DNA from: a virus
Reading direction: 5' to 3' (one strand)
IMG/VR virus record: IMGVR_UViG_3300012204_000008
Location: 32,001 to 96,000 of that record
DNA: 64,000 bases
A program made the translations under genes and the position numbers. Below the pieces are notes generated by a model. It was not told the DNA's origin, did not search any database, and was given only the letters and a program-made list of their open reading frames with translations. Below are positions 18,413-27,627 of the stretch, piece by piece. Every line of letters begins with the position of its first letter. The stretch's first letter is position 1.

Positions 18413-18739
18413 ATGAGTGACTGGTTTATACTTCTTCTTATGGTCGGATTTGTCTATAGGGTTACTAGACTTATTACTGTAGATAAATTTCCACCCATTA
18501 AATTCCTACGAGAAAAAATAGCCGGGAAAGAGAACTTACAAGAGTGGGAGAAAGATCCTAAGCTCTCGTGGAGTCCAGAATGGTTAGGAGATTTGGTTTC
18601 CTGCTATTGGTGCGCAAGCGGCTGGGTTTCAATAGGAACAGTTCTGATCACTGATCACTATGGAAATGTTCCAATGCCAGGATTATCACTGTTTGCGATC
18701 TGGGCGGCTGGGGCACTGATGGTAGACAAATTAGGGTAA
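18413..18739 (+). CDS. DUF1360-like membrane protein
   Basis: YRVTRLITVDKFPP and LVSCYWCASGW with hydrophobic helices; between terL and portal. Confidence 0.75.
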   Translation: MSDWFILLLMVGFVYRVTRLITVDKFPPIKFLREKIAGKENLQEWEKDPKLSWSPEWLGDLVSCYWCASGWVSIGTVLITDHYGNVPMPGLSLFAIWAAGALMVDKLG

Positions 18740-18746
18740 TAGGAGG

Positions 18747-18971
18747 ATGAAAATGATAGACGAACTAACAGCGGAGGACGTCAATAAAATCTTTGCCATG
18801 ATGGCAGATCTCGAAGAGAAAATAACCTTAGTGCAAGTTGATGAAATGCTAGCTTTCTTTAGCCGAATGCCAAAATTACAAGAGGCTCAACAGGTAGTTG
18901 ATTGTCTTTTGGATTATAGAAAACTTTTAATTGAAGCATCTCGTTTGTGCGAAGATATTAATGACACCTAA
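18747..18971 (+). CDS. Hypothetical protein
   Basis: ORF with AGGAGG SD. Confidence 0.6.
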   Translation: MKMIDELTAEDVNKIFAMMADLEEKITLVQVDEMLAFFSRMPKLQEAQQVVDCLLDYRKLLIEASRLCEDINDT

Positions 18972-18996
18972 CATGGCGTTTGACAACTTCGTCCCT

Positions 18997-19008
18997 TAGT
19001 ATTACGGC
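18997..19008 (+). promoter_or_regulatory. Candidate -10 box for a leaderless portal mRNA
   Basis: TAGTAT exactly 6 nt before the portal ATG; no SD present. Confidence 0.4.
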
Positions 19009-20850
19009 ATGGGCCGACTGTGGATGTCTAGAAAGCAGCAGCAGGCTGAAGCTGCGAAACTAGCGTCCAAGATTAAAACTCTTCCCACTCCACGCTCCTC
19101 CCCCTTCTCGCATAATCTTCCGCCTCAGGCGATCTCTGCTGCTGCAACAGCAATGAAAATAAGTAAAGAGAGACTTGTTTTCAACAATGAGAACTGGCAA
19201 GAGCAAGCGTGGCAATATCATCGAACCCTAGGAGAATTTCGCTACGGCGTTGAGTGGTTGTCTGACTCAATCTCTCGCGTTAGGCTTCGGGCTGCAAAAA
19301 TTCATCCGGGGCAGGACGAGCCAGAAATTGTTGACAGCGGTTTAGCCGCCGAGTTAGTCTCTGAACTACGCCACGATGTTGGTGGACGTAGCTCTCTTCT
19401 CAAGAGAATGACTGAACTATGGTCTGTTGTTGGAGAAGGATATCTGATAGGGGAAGAAAAACTCGGCGAGCAAGTTTGGGAGATGCGTTCCAAGGATGAG
19501 ATCAGGCAGCGTTCAGGTCATATAGAAATAATTGATGATGATCACTCCACAGCGGGAAATATTGAGTGGCGTCCGTTATCACCAGAGTCAATGTTTGGGC
19601 GAATTTGGAGCCCAAATGCTCGCTATAAGTATCTAGCTGATTCTCCTGCCCACGCTGCACTACCCGTAATGTACGAGCTAGAGCTGGTCAATCGTAAGAT
19701 TCAGGCCCAGTATCTCAGTCGGTTAGCTTCAGCAGGAATCGTTATCTTCCCAGAGGGCTTAACCTTTCCGGTGCGCGAAGAATTTCAAGACGCACCGGAC
19801 CCTTTTATTAGAGAATGGATTGAAGCGGCTAAGGAAGCAATCAAAGAACCTGGAACAGCAGCTTCTGTTATACCAATCCCAATTAGAGTTCCAGATGAAT
19901 TCGTTGGGAAGATACAGTTCATTGACTTCACATTAATGCTAGACGATAAGATAATTGAGAAGCGCGACTCTATCATTAAAAGGTTAGCGACTGTCTTGGA
20001 CATGCCAGCAGAGGTTCTATTGGGGCTAGGTGGTGTTACCCACTGGAACGCATGGCAGATAGACGAAGGAGGTATTAAACTTCATATTGCTCCTGTGATC
20101 GAGGCTCTTTGCCACGGCCTTACTTCTATCTATCTCGCACCTAGGTTAAAAGCAGCCGGTGAAGACTCACAAAAATGGGTCATGTGGTATGATGCTAGCG
20201 AACTCGTTCTTAGGCCAGACAAAACAACTAATGCCACCAACGCTTATGATAGATTAGAAATCTCTGGTCGGGCTTTACGCCGGGAGACAGGATTTGGGGA
20301 AGATGACAAACCAAACAATGAAGAGCTTCTTGACCAAGTCCTTAAGTTTGTTGCCCGTAACCCTAGAACTGGTGATGCGGTTATTCCGGTCATTCTTAAT
20401 GAGCTTGTTGGAACAAATCTGCCTACGGTACCAGACAGCACAGATCAAAAGGGTGGCGGAGAGCCTGGAGAATTAGAGAAACCAAAGGAAGGAGACTCTG
20501 GTAAAGAATTGCCCCCGTCCAAGGAAAAAACTCCAGAACGTAAAACTACGCCACCTGAGAAAAAAGCGAGGGTAGAGAAAAGAGAGTATTTTCCCGTTCC
20601 GCCAATGACAATGGAAATGGTTAAAGAGCATCTAGTTTCTATAGATCTTGGTAATAAGTGGAGCGTCTTGCATCCTAGCACTTGTGAGAATAAATTCCTT
20701 TGCCCAATTACATGGAGAGTTTATCTCCTCAGAAACATCGCACCTGGAACACATGGAAAATACAAGCTAGATCTTTCTCCAAATAAGGAACTGATCTTTG
20801 GAGAGAGAGTTTTATCAGAAACTTCTCTAACCGCAACTCAAGTTAAGTAG
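19009..20850 (+). CDS. Portal protein
   Basis: WQEQAW...GEFRY, SRLASAG, RLA..LDMPAEVLLG...HWNAWQI actinophage portal motifs; position after terL. Confidence 0.9.
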   Translation: MGRLWMSRKQQQAEAAKLASKIKTLPTPRSSPFSHNLPPQAISAAATAMKISKERLVFNNENWQEQAWQYHRTLGEFRYGVEWLSDSISRVRLRAAKIHPGQDEPEIVDSGLAAELVSELRHDVGGRSSLLKRMTELWSVVGEGYLIGEEKLGEQVWEMRSKDEIRQRSGHIEIIDDDHSTAGNIEWRPLSPESMFGRIWSPNARYKYLADSPAHAALPVMYELELVNRKIQAQYLSRLASAGIVIFPEGLTFPVREEFQDAPDPFIREWIEAAKEAIKEPGTAASVIPIPIRVPDEFVGKIQFIDFTLMLDDKIIEKRDSIIKRLATVLDMPAEVLLGLGGVTHWNAWQIDEGGIKLHIAPVIEALCHGLTSIYLAPRLKAAGEDSQKWVMWYDASELVLRPDKTTNATNAYDRLEISGRALRRETGFGEDDKPNNEELLDQVLKFVARNPRTGDAVIPVILNELVGTNLPTVPDSTDQKGGGEPGELEKPKEGDSGKELPPSKEKTPERKTTPPEKKARVEKREYFPVPPMTMEMVKEHLVSIDLGNKWSVLHPSTCENKFLCPITWRVYLLRNIAPGTHGKYKLDLSPNKELIFGERVLSETSLTATQVK

Positions 20851-20857
20851 GATCAAC

Positions 20858-23644
20858 GTGCCTCATGATGGTGCAATGATAGCGTTAATTCCAACTGAGG
20901 GAGATCTAGAAAACCTCGTCTTAGAAAATTGGGAATCAAAGTCAAAGATTCACTTGACGCTTATTTTTCTTGGGGAAGCAGTTAATTGGAATTCAGAGTC
21001 AAAAGAACAAGTTCTCTCTATAGCGAGACTAGTAGCGCATGGTCATCCCACATTTGAAGGCCGAGGATTCGGAGCAAATTTCTGGAATCCTGATAGCGAG
21101 GAACCATGTTGGGTACTTGGTGTCGGTGGGTATGAGTTAGACTATCTCCGTTCTCATATTTACGGTAGAATGCTTGAACTAGATGAAAACGAAGAAAGAA
21201 TTCCAAATAATCATAGACCTTGGGTTCCACATATTTGTCTTGCCTACACTTCTGAGAATCTTCTTGACCAATTAGTTTCTAAAGTTGGTCCTATAACTTT
21301 TGATCGAATTAGAGTTGCATTCGGCGAAGAAGTCACAGATATTGCCTTGAGCGGCCCTGACAGTGTTACTGTTGCCTCGGCGGACAGACCAGTGGATGGC
21401 CAAGGAGGCACTGTGCCTTGGAAAGTTGAGAAAACCAGCGAGTGCCCAGATTCCAAACCTTGGGGCGTTGTTAATACCGAGACAGGCGATGTCGGTGGCC
21501 GATGCCATGAGTCTAAAGAGTCTGCCAGGCAGCAGCAGAAAGCACTATATGTTCACGCCGATGAAAAAGATTCTGGCGAGACTGTGGGCTTAGAGATAGA
21601 GAACGAAGAGTCCCACTTTGAGAATGCGCCGCAAGCTCTTTCCCCTGTAGAACTTCAGAAGGTTATGCTTGGCTGGAACGGTCCTGCCGCTATGTCTAAG
21701 TGTGCCAACTCTGATAGTCCAGCCTCATGCTATCGCTCAATTTGCGCTGGCCGCCGCGCTGGAGATCCAAGTAAGCAATCTACTTGGGCACTTCCTCATC
21801 ACGCTACTTCAGGCGGCCCGCCAGACGAAGGCGGAGTTAGAAACGCACTAAGCCGTCTACCGCAGACGCAAGGGCTAAGTAATGCCTCGGCTGCCAAAAG
21901 TCACTTGGAGAAGCACATGCGATCCATTAACCCAGACTATGAGGCAGAGGCAGAAGTGGTTTCTCTTCAGAAAGAAGATCAAGGTTGCCCTCCCGGCCAA
22001 CACGAAATGGACGGCAAGTGCATGCCAGATGAAGAAATGGCGATCTCTCAGTCTGGAGCATGGAAGGGACCGCTAGTAGTAGAAGGTATTACTACGGGAG
22101 ACGGTCGAGAATTCGCTCCAGGCGCACTTGACTGGCCAGACCCGTCTGAGACCCTTATTCCTTTAAGGTGGAATAAGGAGGACTCTCATGGTGGAGAAGT
22201 CAGAACAGTAGCAGTAAACGTTGGGCGCATTGATAAAATCTGGCGCGAAGACGACCGGATTATGGGTCAGGGTGTATTCGACCTTGGTCAGCCAGACGGT
22301 GCAGAAGCATTTCGCAGAGTACAAGAGAGATTCCTCCGTGGTATTTCTGTTGATGCAGATGACATCTCTAATGCAGATGTAGAATACGTCTGGCCTGAAA
22401 ATAACAGCGAGGGGGAGGAAGAAGACTCAGACCTTGACATCATGTCCCTTCTTTTCGGGCAGCCAGAGAAGATCGTCTTCCACAAAGGCAGAATTCGCGG
22501 TGCCACACTTTGCGACATACCAGCTTTTGTGGACGCATACATTGAAATCGCAGATGAGGTTGAAGAGCTCATCGCCTCAATTAATGCAGAAGAGGCCGAG
22601 CACTGGAATGTAGACACCAGGAATCTGGCATGGGACCTCAACTTAAACGAGAAGAGGCTTCCTACAAAATTAGAAATTCGCGCTGCTCGGCATATGTATG
22701 CCTATGTTGATCAGAGCGCTGTTGAAGATGGCAAGATTCCGCGTTCTTCCTGTCGTCTACCGCATCACAACGTAGAAAAAGACGGAACAATTAGTGGCGC
22801 AAATATTGATGGAAGCAAGCTTGCTATTGAATCTATAAACAGGCTTCGCGGTGGAGCCAATATGAGCAATAGCGACCGTAGAAAGGCTTATGATCACCTT
22901 GCTAAGCACATGCGAGTTGGCGGTAAGGAACCGCCAGAGTTTGAAATCGACAAGAGCCTTGTTGCTTCAGTCGGAAACGAATGGAAACCATCTAGGGAAT
23001 GGTTTGAGGATCCTAGGCTCAACGTTTTGGTTCCAATCATGGTTACCGATGCCGGTAGGGTCTACGGACACGCCGCACAGTGGGGCCAGTGTCATTTAAG
23101 TTATCAAGACACTTGTATCATCGCCCCAAGAGAAGATGGGTTCCCGTACTTCCTAACAGGTGAACTTACATGTTCAGATGGCAGCTTGGTTGCGGTAGGG
23201 CAGATCACCGTAGACACCGGCCATCCACCGCTCTATGTAGGACCGCACGTCGCAATGGAGCATTACGACAATACTGGAGCAGTTGTAGCCGATGTAGTTG
23301 TGGGAAATGATAGACATGGAATTTGGGTGGCTGGTGCAATTAGACCAGACGCAGAGGTTAGTCGAGTTCATAAACTACGTGCCTCTGGTCAAGTTTCTCC
23401 AGACTGGCGGCGCATAGGTGGGCAATTGCGTATGATAGCGTTACTAACAGTAAATGGTTCTGGCTACCAAGTGCCAAAGATGAGGGCTAGAGTAGCTAGC
23501 GGCCATGTGCAGTCGTTGGTAGCTGCTGGTAGGGTTACTAGTGTTTCACGTGGCCTAAGCGAGGACGAACTTTCGCAGAAAGCACTGAGAGTCTTGGCTA
23601 ATAGAATCGCTAAGCGTGTAGGACTTGACAAGGAGAAATCATGA
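20858..23644 (+). CDS. Capsid maturation protease fused to an N-terminal 2H phosphoesterase and repeated LPHH modules
   Basis: HLTL...PHICL 2H motifs; TGDGR...HGG...VGRID...GISVD...GATLCDIPAF protease-like domain; second domain GRVYGH...GIWVAG...SPDWR. Confidence 0.8.
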   Translation: MPHDGAMIALIPTEGDLENLVLENWESKSKIHLTLIFLGEAVNWNSESKEQVLSIARLVAHGHPTFEGRGFGANFWNPDSEEPCWVLGVGGYELDYLRSHIYGRMLELDENEERIPNNHRPWVPHICLAYTSENLLDQLVSKVGPITFDRIRVAFGEEVTDIALSGPDSVTVASADRPVDGQGGTVPWKVEKTSECPDSKPWGVVNTETGDVGGRCHESKESARQQQKALYVHADEKDSGETVGLEIENEESHFENAPQALSPVELQKVMLGWNGPAAMSKCANSDSPASCYRSICAGRRAGDPSKQSTWALPHHATSGGPPDEGGVRNALSRLPQTQGLSNASAAKSHLEKHMRSINPDYEAEAEVVSLQKEDQGCPPGQHEMDGKCMPDEEMAISQSGAWKGPLVVEGITTGDGREFAPGALDWPDPSETLIPLRWNKEDSHGGEVRTVAVNVGRIDKIWREDDRIMGQGVFDLGQPDGAEAFRRVQERFLRGISVDADDISNADVEYVWPENNSEGEEEDSDLDIMSLLFGQPEKIVFHKGRIRGATLCDIPAFVDAYIEIADEVEELIASINAEEAEHWNVDTRNLAWDLNLNEKRLPTKLEIRAARHMYAYVDQSAVEDGKIPRSSCRLPHHNVEKDGTISGANIDGSKLAIESINRLRGGANMSNSDRRKAYDHLAKHMRVGGKEPPEFEIDKSLVASVGNEWKPSREWFEDPRLNVLVPIMVTDAGRVYGHAAQWGQCHLSYQDTCIIAPREDGFPYFLTGELTCSDGSLVAVGQITVDTGHPPLYVGPHVAMEHYDNTGAVVADVVVGNDRHGIWVAGAIRPDAEVSRVHKLRASGQVSPDWRRIGGQLRMIALLTVNGSGYQVPKMRARVASGHVQSLVAAGRVTSVSRGLSEDELSQKALRVLANRIAKRVGLDKEKS

Positions 23645-23751
23645 TTCGTGACAGAAATTATTTTGTCGCCGGATGCGGATGTCGAGGTAGCGGTAGTAGC
23701 GCTCCGCCGCCTCCGCCTCCACCTCCCGTTGGTGGAAGTGGTGGAACGTAA
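23641..23751 (+). CDS. 36-aa GCGC/poly-Pro microprotein (not in ORF track)
   Basis: AAGGAG SD, ATGA overlap; MIRDRNYFVAGCGCRGSGSSAPPPPPPPPVGGSGGT. Confidence 0.6.
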   Translation: MIRDRNYFVAGCGCRGSGSSAPPPPPPPPVGGSGGT

Positions 23752-23815
23752 ATAGCGGATAAACAAACTCCGCGTTAGTTCTTTGCAGAGTTAGCTTTTG
23801 TTGTATAGTACAAAC

Positions 23816-23904
23816 TGAAGGCATCGGTCTAAGCCTTCAAATGCCGTGATGGCAGGTCTACTCTAAGAGTAGCAATCAATTTGCCGTGCGGTATTTGGGA
23901 GGAG
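23816..23904 (+). promoter_or_regulatory. Structured 5' leader of the major capsid gene
   Basis: Hairpin 23816-23839; nested stems 23838-23847/23888-23897, 23849-23856/23880-23887 and 23858-23863/23867-23872, ending at the GGGAGGAG SD. Confidence 0.5.
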
Positions 23905-23910
23905 ACCAAC

Positions 23911-25665
23911 ATGCCTGATGAGCTGGTCACAGTTCCGCAGGATCTTACGCTGGTCAGTGACGAAGATCTCGCCCAGCTCGAGGCTAAGGTCACTGCCGAG
24001 TTTACAAGGATTAACGAAGGGGACGTTTCCCCTGAGAGCTTGGAGTATATGCTCCAGCTCGCAGAAGACCTAGACCGCATTCGCTCTGAGAATTCGGCTA
24101 GAGACCAGCGGCGTACTGAGGCCGCTAAGCTCGCCGATCTCAAGATGCACGAGCAGAAAAAGGCTCTTGAGGCTAGGGTCAAAGGCGTCTCTGCTGATCC
24201 GGTTACTAGGGACGAATCTGAAGTCTCTAAGGAATACGCCGGAGCTATCGCCAAGGCCGCCGCTGAGGGTGCTACCGCTGCGCTTGTGGCTGCGCTTGGT
24301 GACGACAAACGCGGTGGCCGTGACTTCTCTGCCATTAGTGAAAAAGCAACGAAGTCTCTTTCCGCGGCTCGCCGGCACGCGCCTTCTGTCAATCTTCCGA
24401 AGGCCAAGCTTCAGGTTCAGGCCGGAGTTGACATTCCCGGTATTGCTCGCGGTGGCGAGCTCAGTACTCTTGAGTCCGTTACGGACGCCTTTCACCGTCG
24501 GGCAAAGGGTATGCCGGACAGCCGTGGACAGCTTCGTGAGGAACTGGTTTGTACGATCAAGAACCAGTTTGAGCACACAGTAGATGACCGCACTTCGCCT
24601 GCTCAGGTTGAAGAGCTTTTCAGTTTCTTGCGTTCACGTGACAAGCAGGAAGCTCTCGTCGCTGGTGGTGGTTGGTGTGCGCCTTCAGAAATTCGTTATG
24701 ACTTCTTTAATGTCGCTTGTGAGTCTGGTCTTATTGACCTTCCCACCTTCGGTGTGAGCCGTGGTGGTATTCGTTATCCGGTTAGCCCTAGCATTGCAGA
24801 TGCCTTCGGCTCCAACGCTCTCGCTCCATTCAACGTTTCATTTACCAACACTTCAGTTCCGTGGCTTTGGACAGAAGCTGATGACATTCTGACTATCACC
24901 GGTACTACCAACAAGCCAACGATGCGAGTGCCGTGCCCGACGTTCTCTGAGAACCGGTTGGAATGCTACGGCGTCACGCTCACTGCCGGTAACCTCACGG
25001 ACGACGCCTATCCTGAGGCTACTCAGAACACGCTGCGTTTGCTGATGTCAGCCCACGCACACGCCATGAATGCCCGTATCATTTCTTTGATGGTCACTAA
25101 TAGCACGGCAGCAATCACTGGTATCTCCGGTACGAACCCTGTCTACCAGCAGGTTCTTGACGGTGTGGACATGGCCGCTACTGACTACCGCGCTCGTTAT
25201 GCCATGTGTGACGATGATGTTCTTGAGCTCGTCGTTCCTTATTGGCTCAAGGCCGTTATCCGTGCGGACCTTGCCTGGCGTGCTGGCACTGCAGACCTTC
25301 TCTCTGTCAGTGACGCTCAGATTGTTGGATACTTCGCTGACAGAAACGTTCGTCCGCAGTTTATCAATGACTGGCAGGTTAGAGGTTCTGGCCAGTTCGG
25401 TGGTACTACTGCGGTGGTTGCGTGGCCTACGAGCGTTAACGTCATGCTCTATGCCGCTGGTACCTTCCTGCTTGGTAATGGCCTCAGCCTTGACCTTGGT
25501 GTTATCCGTGACTCAGTGCTAAACGCAGAGAACGACTTTACAGCCGCCTGGTCTGAGGAATGCCATCTCCTCGCGAGGGTTGGTCACGAGTCTCGTCTCT
25601 ACACCATTGGCTTCAACGTTAAGGGTGCGACTTCTGCCACTCTTACTGACAACGCAAAGGTCTAA
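23911..25665 (+). CDS. Major capsid (hexamer) protein with N-terminal coiled-coil scaffold region
   Basis: GGAGGAG SD before ATG 23911; coiled-coil N-terminus; LVAGGGWCAPSEIRYD, LDLGVIRDS.LN..ND motifs; high-expression codon bias. Confidence 0.9.
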   Translation: MPDELVTVPQDLTLVSDEDLAQLEAKVTAEFTRINEGDVSPESLEYMLQLAEDLDRIRSENSARDQRRTEAAKLADLKMHEQKKALEARVKGVSADPVTRDESEVSKEYAGAIAKAAAEGATAALVAALGDDKRGGRDFSAISEKATKSLSAARRHAPSVNLPKAKLQVQAGVDIPGIARGGELSTLESVTDAFHRRAKGMPDSRGQLREELVCTIKNQFEHTVDDRTSPAQVEELFSFLRSRDKQEALVAGGGWCAPSEIRYDFFNVACESGLIDLPTFGVSRGGIRYPVSPSIADAFGSNALAPFNVSFTNTSVPWLWTEADDILTITGTTNKPTMRVPCPTFSENRLECYGVTLTAGNLTDDAYPEATQNTLRLLMSAHAHAMNARIISLMVTNSTAAITGISGTNPVYQQVLDGVDMAATDYRARYAMCDDDVLELVVPYWLKAVIRADLAWRAGTADLLSVSDAQIVGYFADRNVRPQFINDWQVRGSGQFGGTTAVVAWPTSVNVMLYAAGTFLLGNGLSLDLGVIRDSVLNAENDFTAAWSEECHLLARVGHESRLYTIGFNVKGATSATLTDNAKV

Positions 25666-25718
25666 TTAGTCTCAATCGGGGTGGTAACTGTAATAGTCGG
25701 AAGGGAGTGTGAAGGTCG

Positions 25719-26594
25719 ATGGCCGGTGCGCGGCAGATAGTGGATGGCCCGACCTTCACCCCCTCCAGACTTGGACTACTTGATGTAGTACAGTTTCCAA
25801 CTCCCGCCGGACCGCATTGGCAAAATGGAATTACGTGGGCTTCCACTTGTGTAACTGGCGGTACAACTTACGACGAGTGCATCACCGTTACTGGAACTGG
25901 CAGCCCACCCGCTCCCGCCGCATTTGCGGATAACGTAGATTGGAACAATAGAGGAGCTACCCCGTTCACTATTTACACAGAATTTGACTGCTCCCCGGTT
26001 GGTTTCTTTGAAGATGCACAAAAACTAGCCGAGGAGATGCTAGCTAAGAGCGAAAGCTGGCAAGTAGAGCAAGCGGTATGGACAGGGACGGCAGGGGGTA
26101 CGGCAAACGCCGTCTGGCCGCATCTTGCAGCTTTCACGGCAGCAGTAGATTCTCAGAGCATAACACTACAATCTCCTGCCGTAACAGGTGGGCTCCTCAA
26201 GCCATCTAGGGCACTTGGGGCAGTGGAAGCCATACTAGCTGATTGTTACCACGGACAAGGCGTTATCCACATACCACTGGACATTCTGAATACTTTTATT
26301 CAGAACGGAATGATGTTCCGACAGTCCGATGGATCTTATTTAACTCCCTCGGGAAATCTCGTAGTGGCTGGCTCTGGTTATCCAGGAACTAGTCCTCAGG
26401 GTGCCGCGCCTGCCGCCAATACGATGTGGATTTATGCTACTGGCGCTATTTTTGCTTATCGTAGTGCCGTTAGAATTCATTCTCCACGCGAGTCACTTGA
26501 CCGTGCAGAGAATACAGTAAAAATGATCGCTCAGCGTACATACGTCCTTGGTTGGGACTGCTGTCACGCTGGTGTTTTGGTAGACCTGGCTTAG
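25719..26594 (+). CDS. Second capsid protein (pentamer-type HK97-fold protein)
   Basis: HWQNG...C, PFTIY..FDCS, VEQAVW, TPSGN.VV.G.GY, WIYATG motifs; directly follows the capsid gene. Confidence 0.65.
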   Translation: MAGARQIVDGPTFTPSRLGLLDVVQFPTPAGPHWQNGITWASTCVTGGTTYDECITVTGTGSPPAPAAFADNVDWNNRGATPFTIYTEFDCSPVGFFEDAQKLAEEMLAKSESWQVEQAVWTGTAGGTANAVWPHLAAFTAAVDSQSITLQSPAVTGGLLKPSRALGAVEAILADCYHGQGVIHIPLDILNTFIQNGMMFRQSDGSYLTPSGNLVVAGSGYPGTSPQGAAPAANTMWIYATGAIFAYRSAVRIHSPRESLDRAENTVKMIAQRTYVLGWDCCHAGVLVDLA

Positions 26595-26612
26595 TAACGG
26601 AAAGGTAGAGCT

Positions 26613-27290
26613 ATGGCATCGATATGTGGAGCACCGATCAAAGGCTCGATGCTTCGTGTCACTAAGCTGGACGTTTGTGGAGTGCCAGTTACGGGAGCCT
26701 CTGGTCTCGTCTATACCACTAAGGGTTTTGTCCAGGTGCAGATGGCACCGCAGTATGAGGACGGCGAAGAGTTCTTCGAGCGTACTGCCGACGGTACCCT
26801 CTGCGTGAACCAGAAAGACGACCCGATTCTTAAGCGTTTCCAGCTTACGATCGACATGTGTGAAATTGACCCCGATGGTATTTCATACGTGCTGTCGGCT
26901 CGAGAACTTGCCACTACTGGTCCTGTCAGCGGTTATGGTTTCGCCATGAGCGAAGGAAAACCAACAAACCGCTTTGGATTGGAAGTATGGCAGGAAGTGG
27001 CTGGCTCCGGTGCCTGCGACGCTTCTGGTGTTCAGCGTTACATCTATAACGTCTGGCCGAATGTTGGCGCATCTCGTATTGGTAACTACACGATTGAGAA
27101 CGGTAGATCAACACTTCAGTTCATAGCCGAGACTAAGGCAGCTAGCTCCTTGTGGGGTAATGGCCCAGGAGCGGCTAGCTGGCTACCGGCTACAGGTACG
27201 ACGACTCTCTTGTCCACTGAACACTGGGCTTGGAATATCACGACTGTCGCGCCGCCGACTGCCCAGTGTGGCGCTGGAATAGTTGCGTAA
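26613..27290 (+). CDS. Major tail protein
   Basis: RVTKLD.CG.P, EDGEEF...ADG.LC, FGLEVW; high-expression codon bias; position. Confidence 0.8.
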   Translation: MASICGAPIKGSMLRVTKLDVCGVPVTGASGLVYTTKGFVQVQMAPQYEDGEEFFERTADGTLCVNQKDDPILKRFQLTIDMCEIDPDGISYVLSARELATTGPVSGYGFAMSEGKPTNRFGLEVWQEVAGSGACDASGVQRYIYNVWPNVGASRIGNYTIENGRSTLQFIAETKAASSLWGNGPGAASWLPATGTTTLLSTEHWAWNITTVAPPTAQCGAGIVA

Positions 27291-27309
27291 GGAATGGAGT
27301 TATGGGTAA

Positions 27310-27627
27310 ATGATCCCCATATTGCAAGCCACTAAACATTGGTGGTGTCCAAACTGTAACTTGACCGATGTGACGCATGAAGTTCGACCGCATACTCGTA
27401 TGCACTCTTGCAATGGACTTTATGGATTAACATCGCCAATGGTTCCAGTTGGACAAAAAGCTAAATCCATAATGCATGAGCCGGATGATTACGTGAAACA
27501 TGAAAACGTAACTTACGCAGAAGTGGACAATAAGTCACGTCCTGTTATGAATATCGTCACGACTCGTGACAACGGCGAAGATTGCACGGTGTTTGCACCA
27601 TGCGCAACGATCAGGTCGGAGGGCTGA
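27310..27627 (+). CDS. Hypothetical Cys/His phage protein
   Basis: WWCPNC...PHTRMHSC; TGATG coupling to next gene. Confidence 0.7.
   Translation: MIPILQATKHWWCPNCNLTDVTHEVRPHTRMHSCNGLYGLTSPMVPVGQKAKSIMHEPDDYVKHENVTYAEVDNKSRPVMNIVTTRDNGEDCTVFAPCATIRSEG

Noticed and set aside
18980-18985. Perfect TTGACA as the -35 box of the portal promoter
   Set aside because: It is only 11 nt from TAGTAT, and no TANNNT lies 16-19 nt downstream.
23783-23809. TTGCAG...TATAGT promoter upstream of the capsid leader
   Set aside because: The -10 box is plausible but the 15-nt spacer is too short to call with confidence.
23881-23910. TTG start of the capsid gene given by the ORF track
   Set aside because: ATG 23911 has an ideal GGAGGAG SD, and the TTG lies inside the structured leader.
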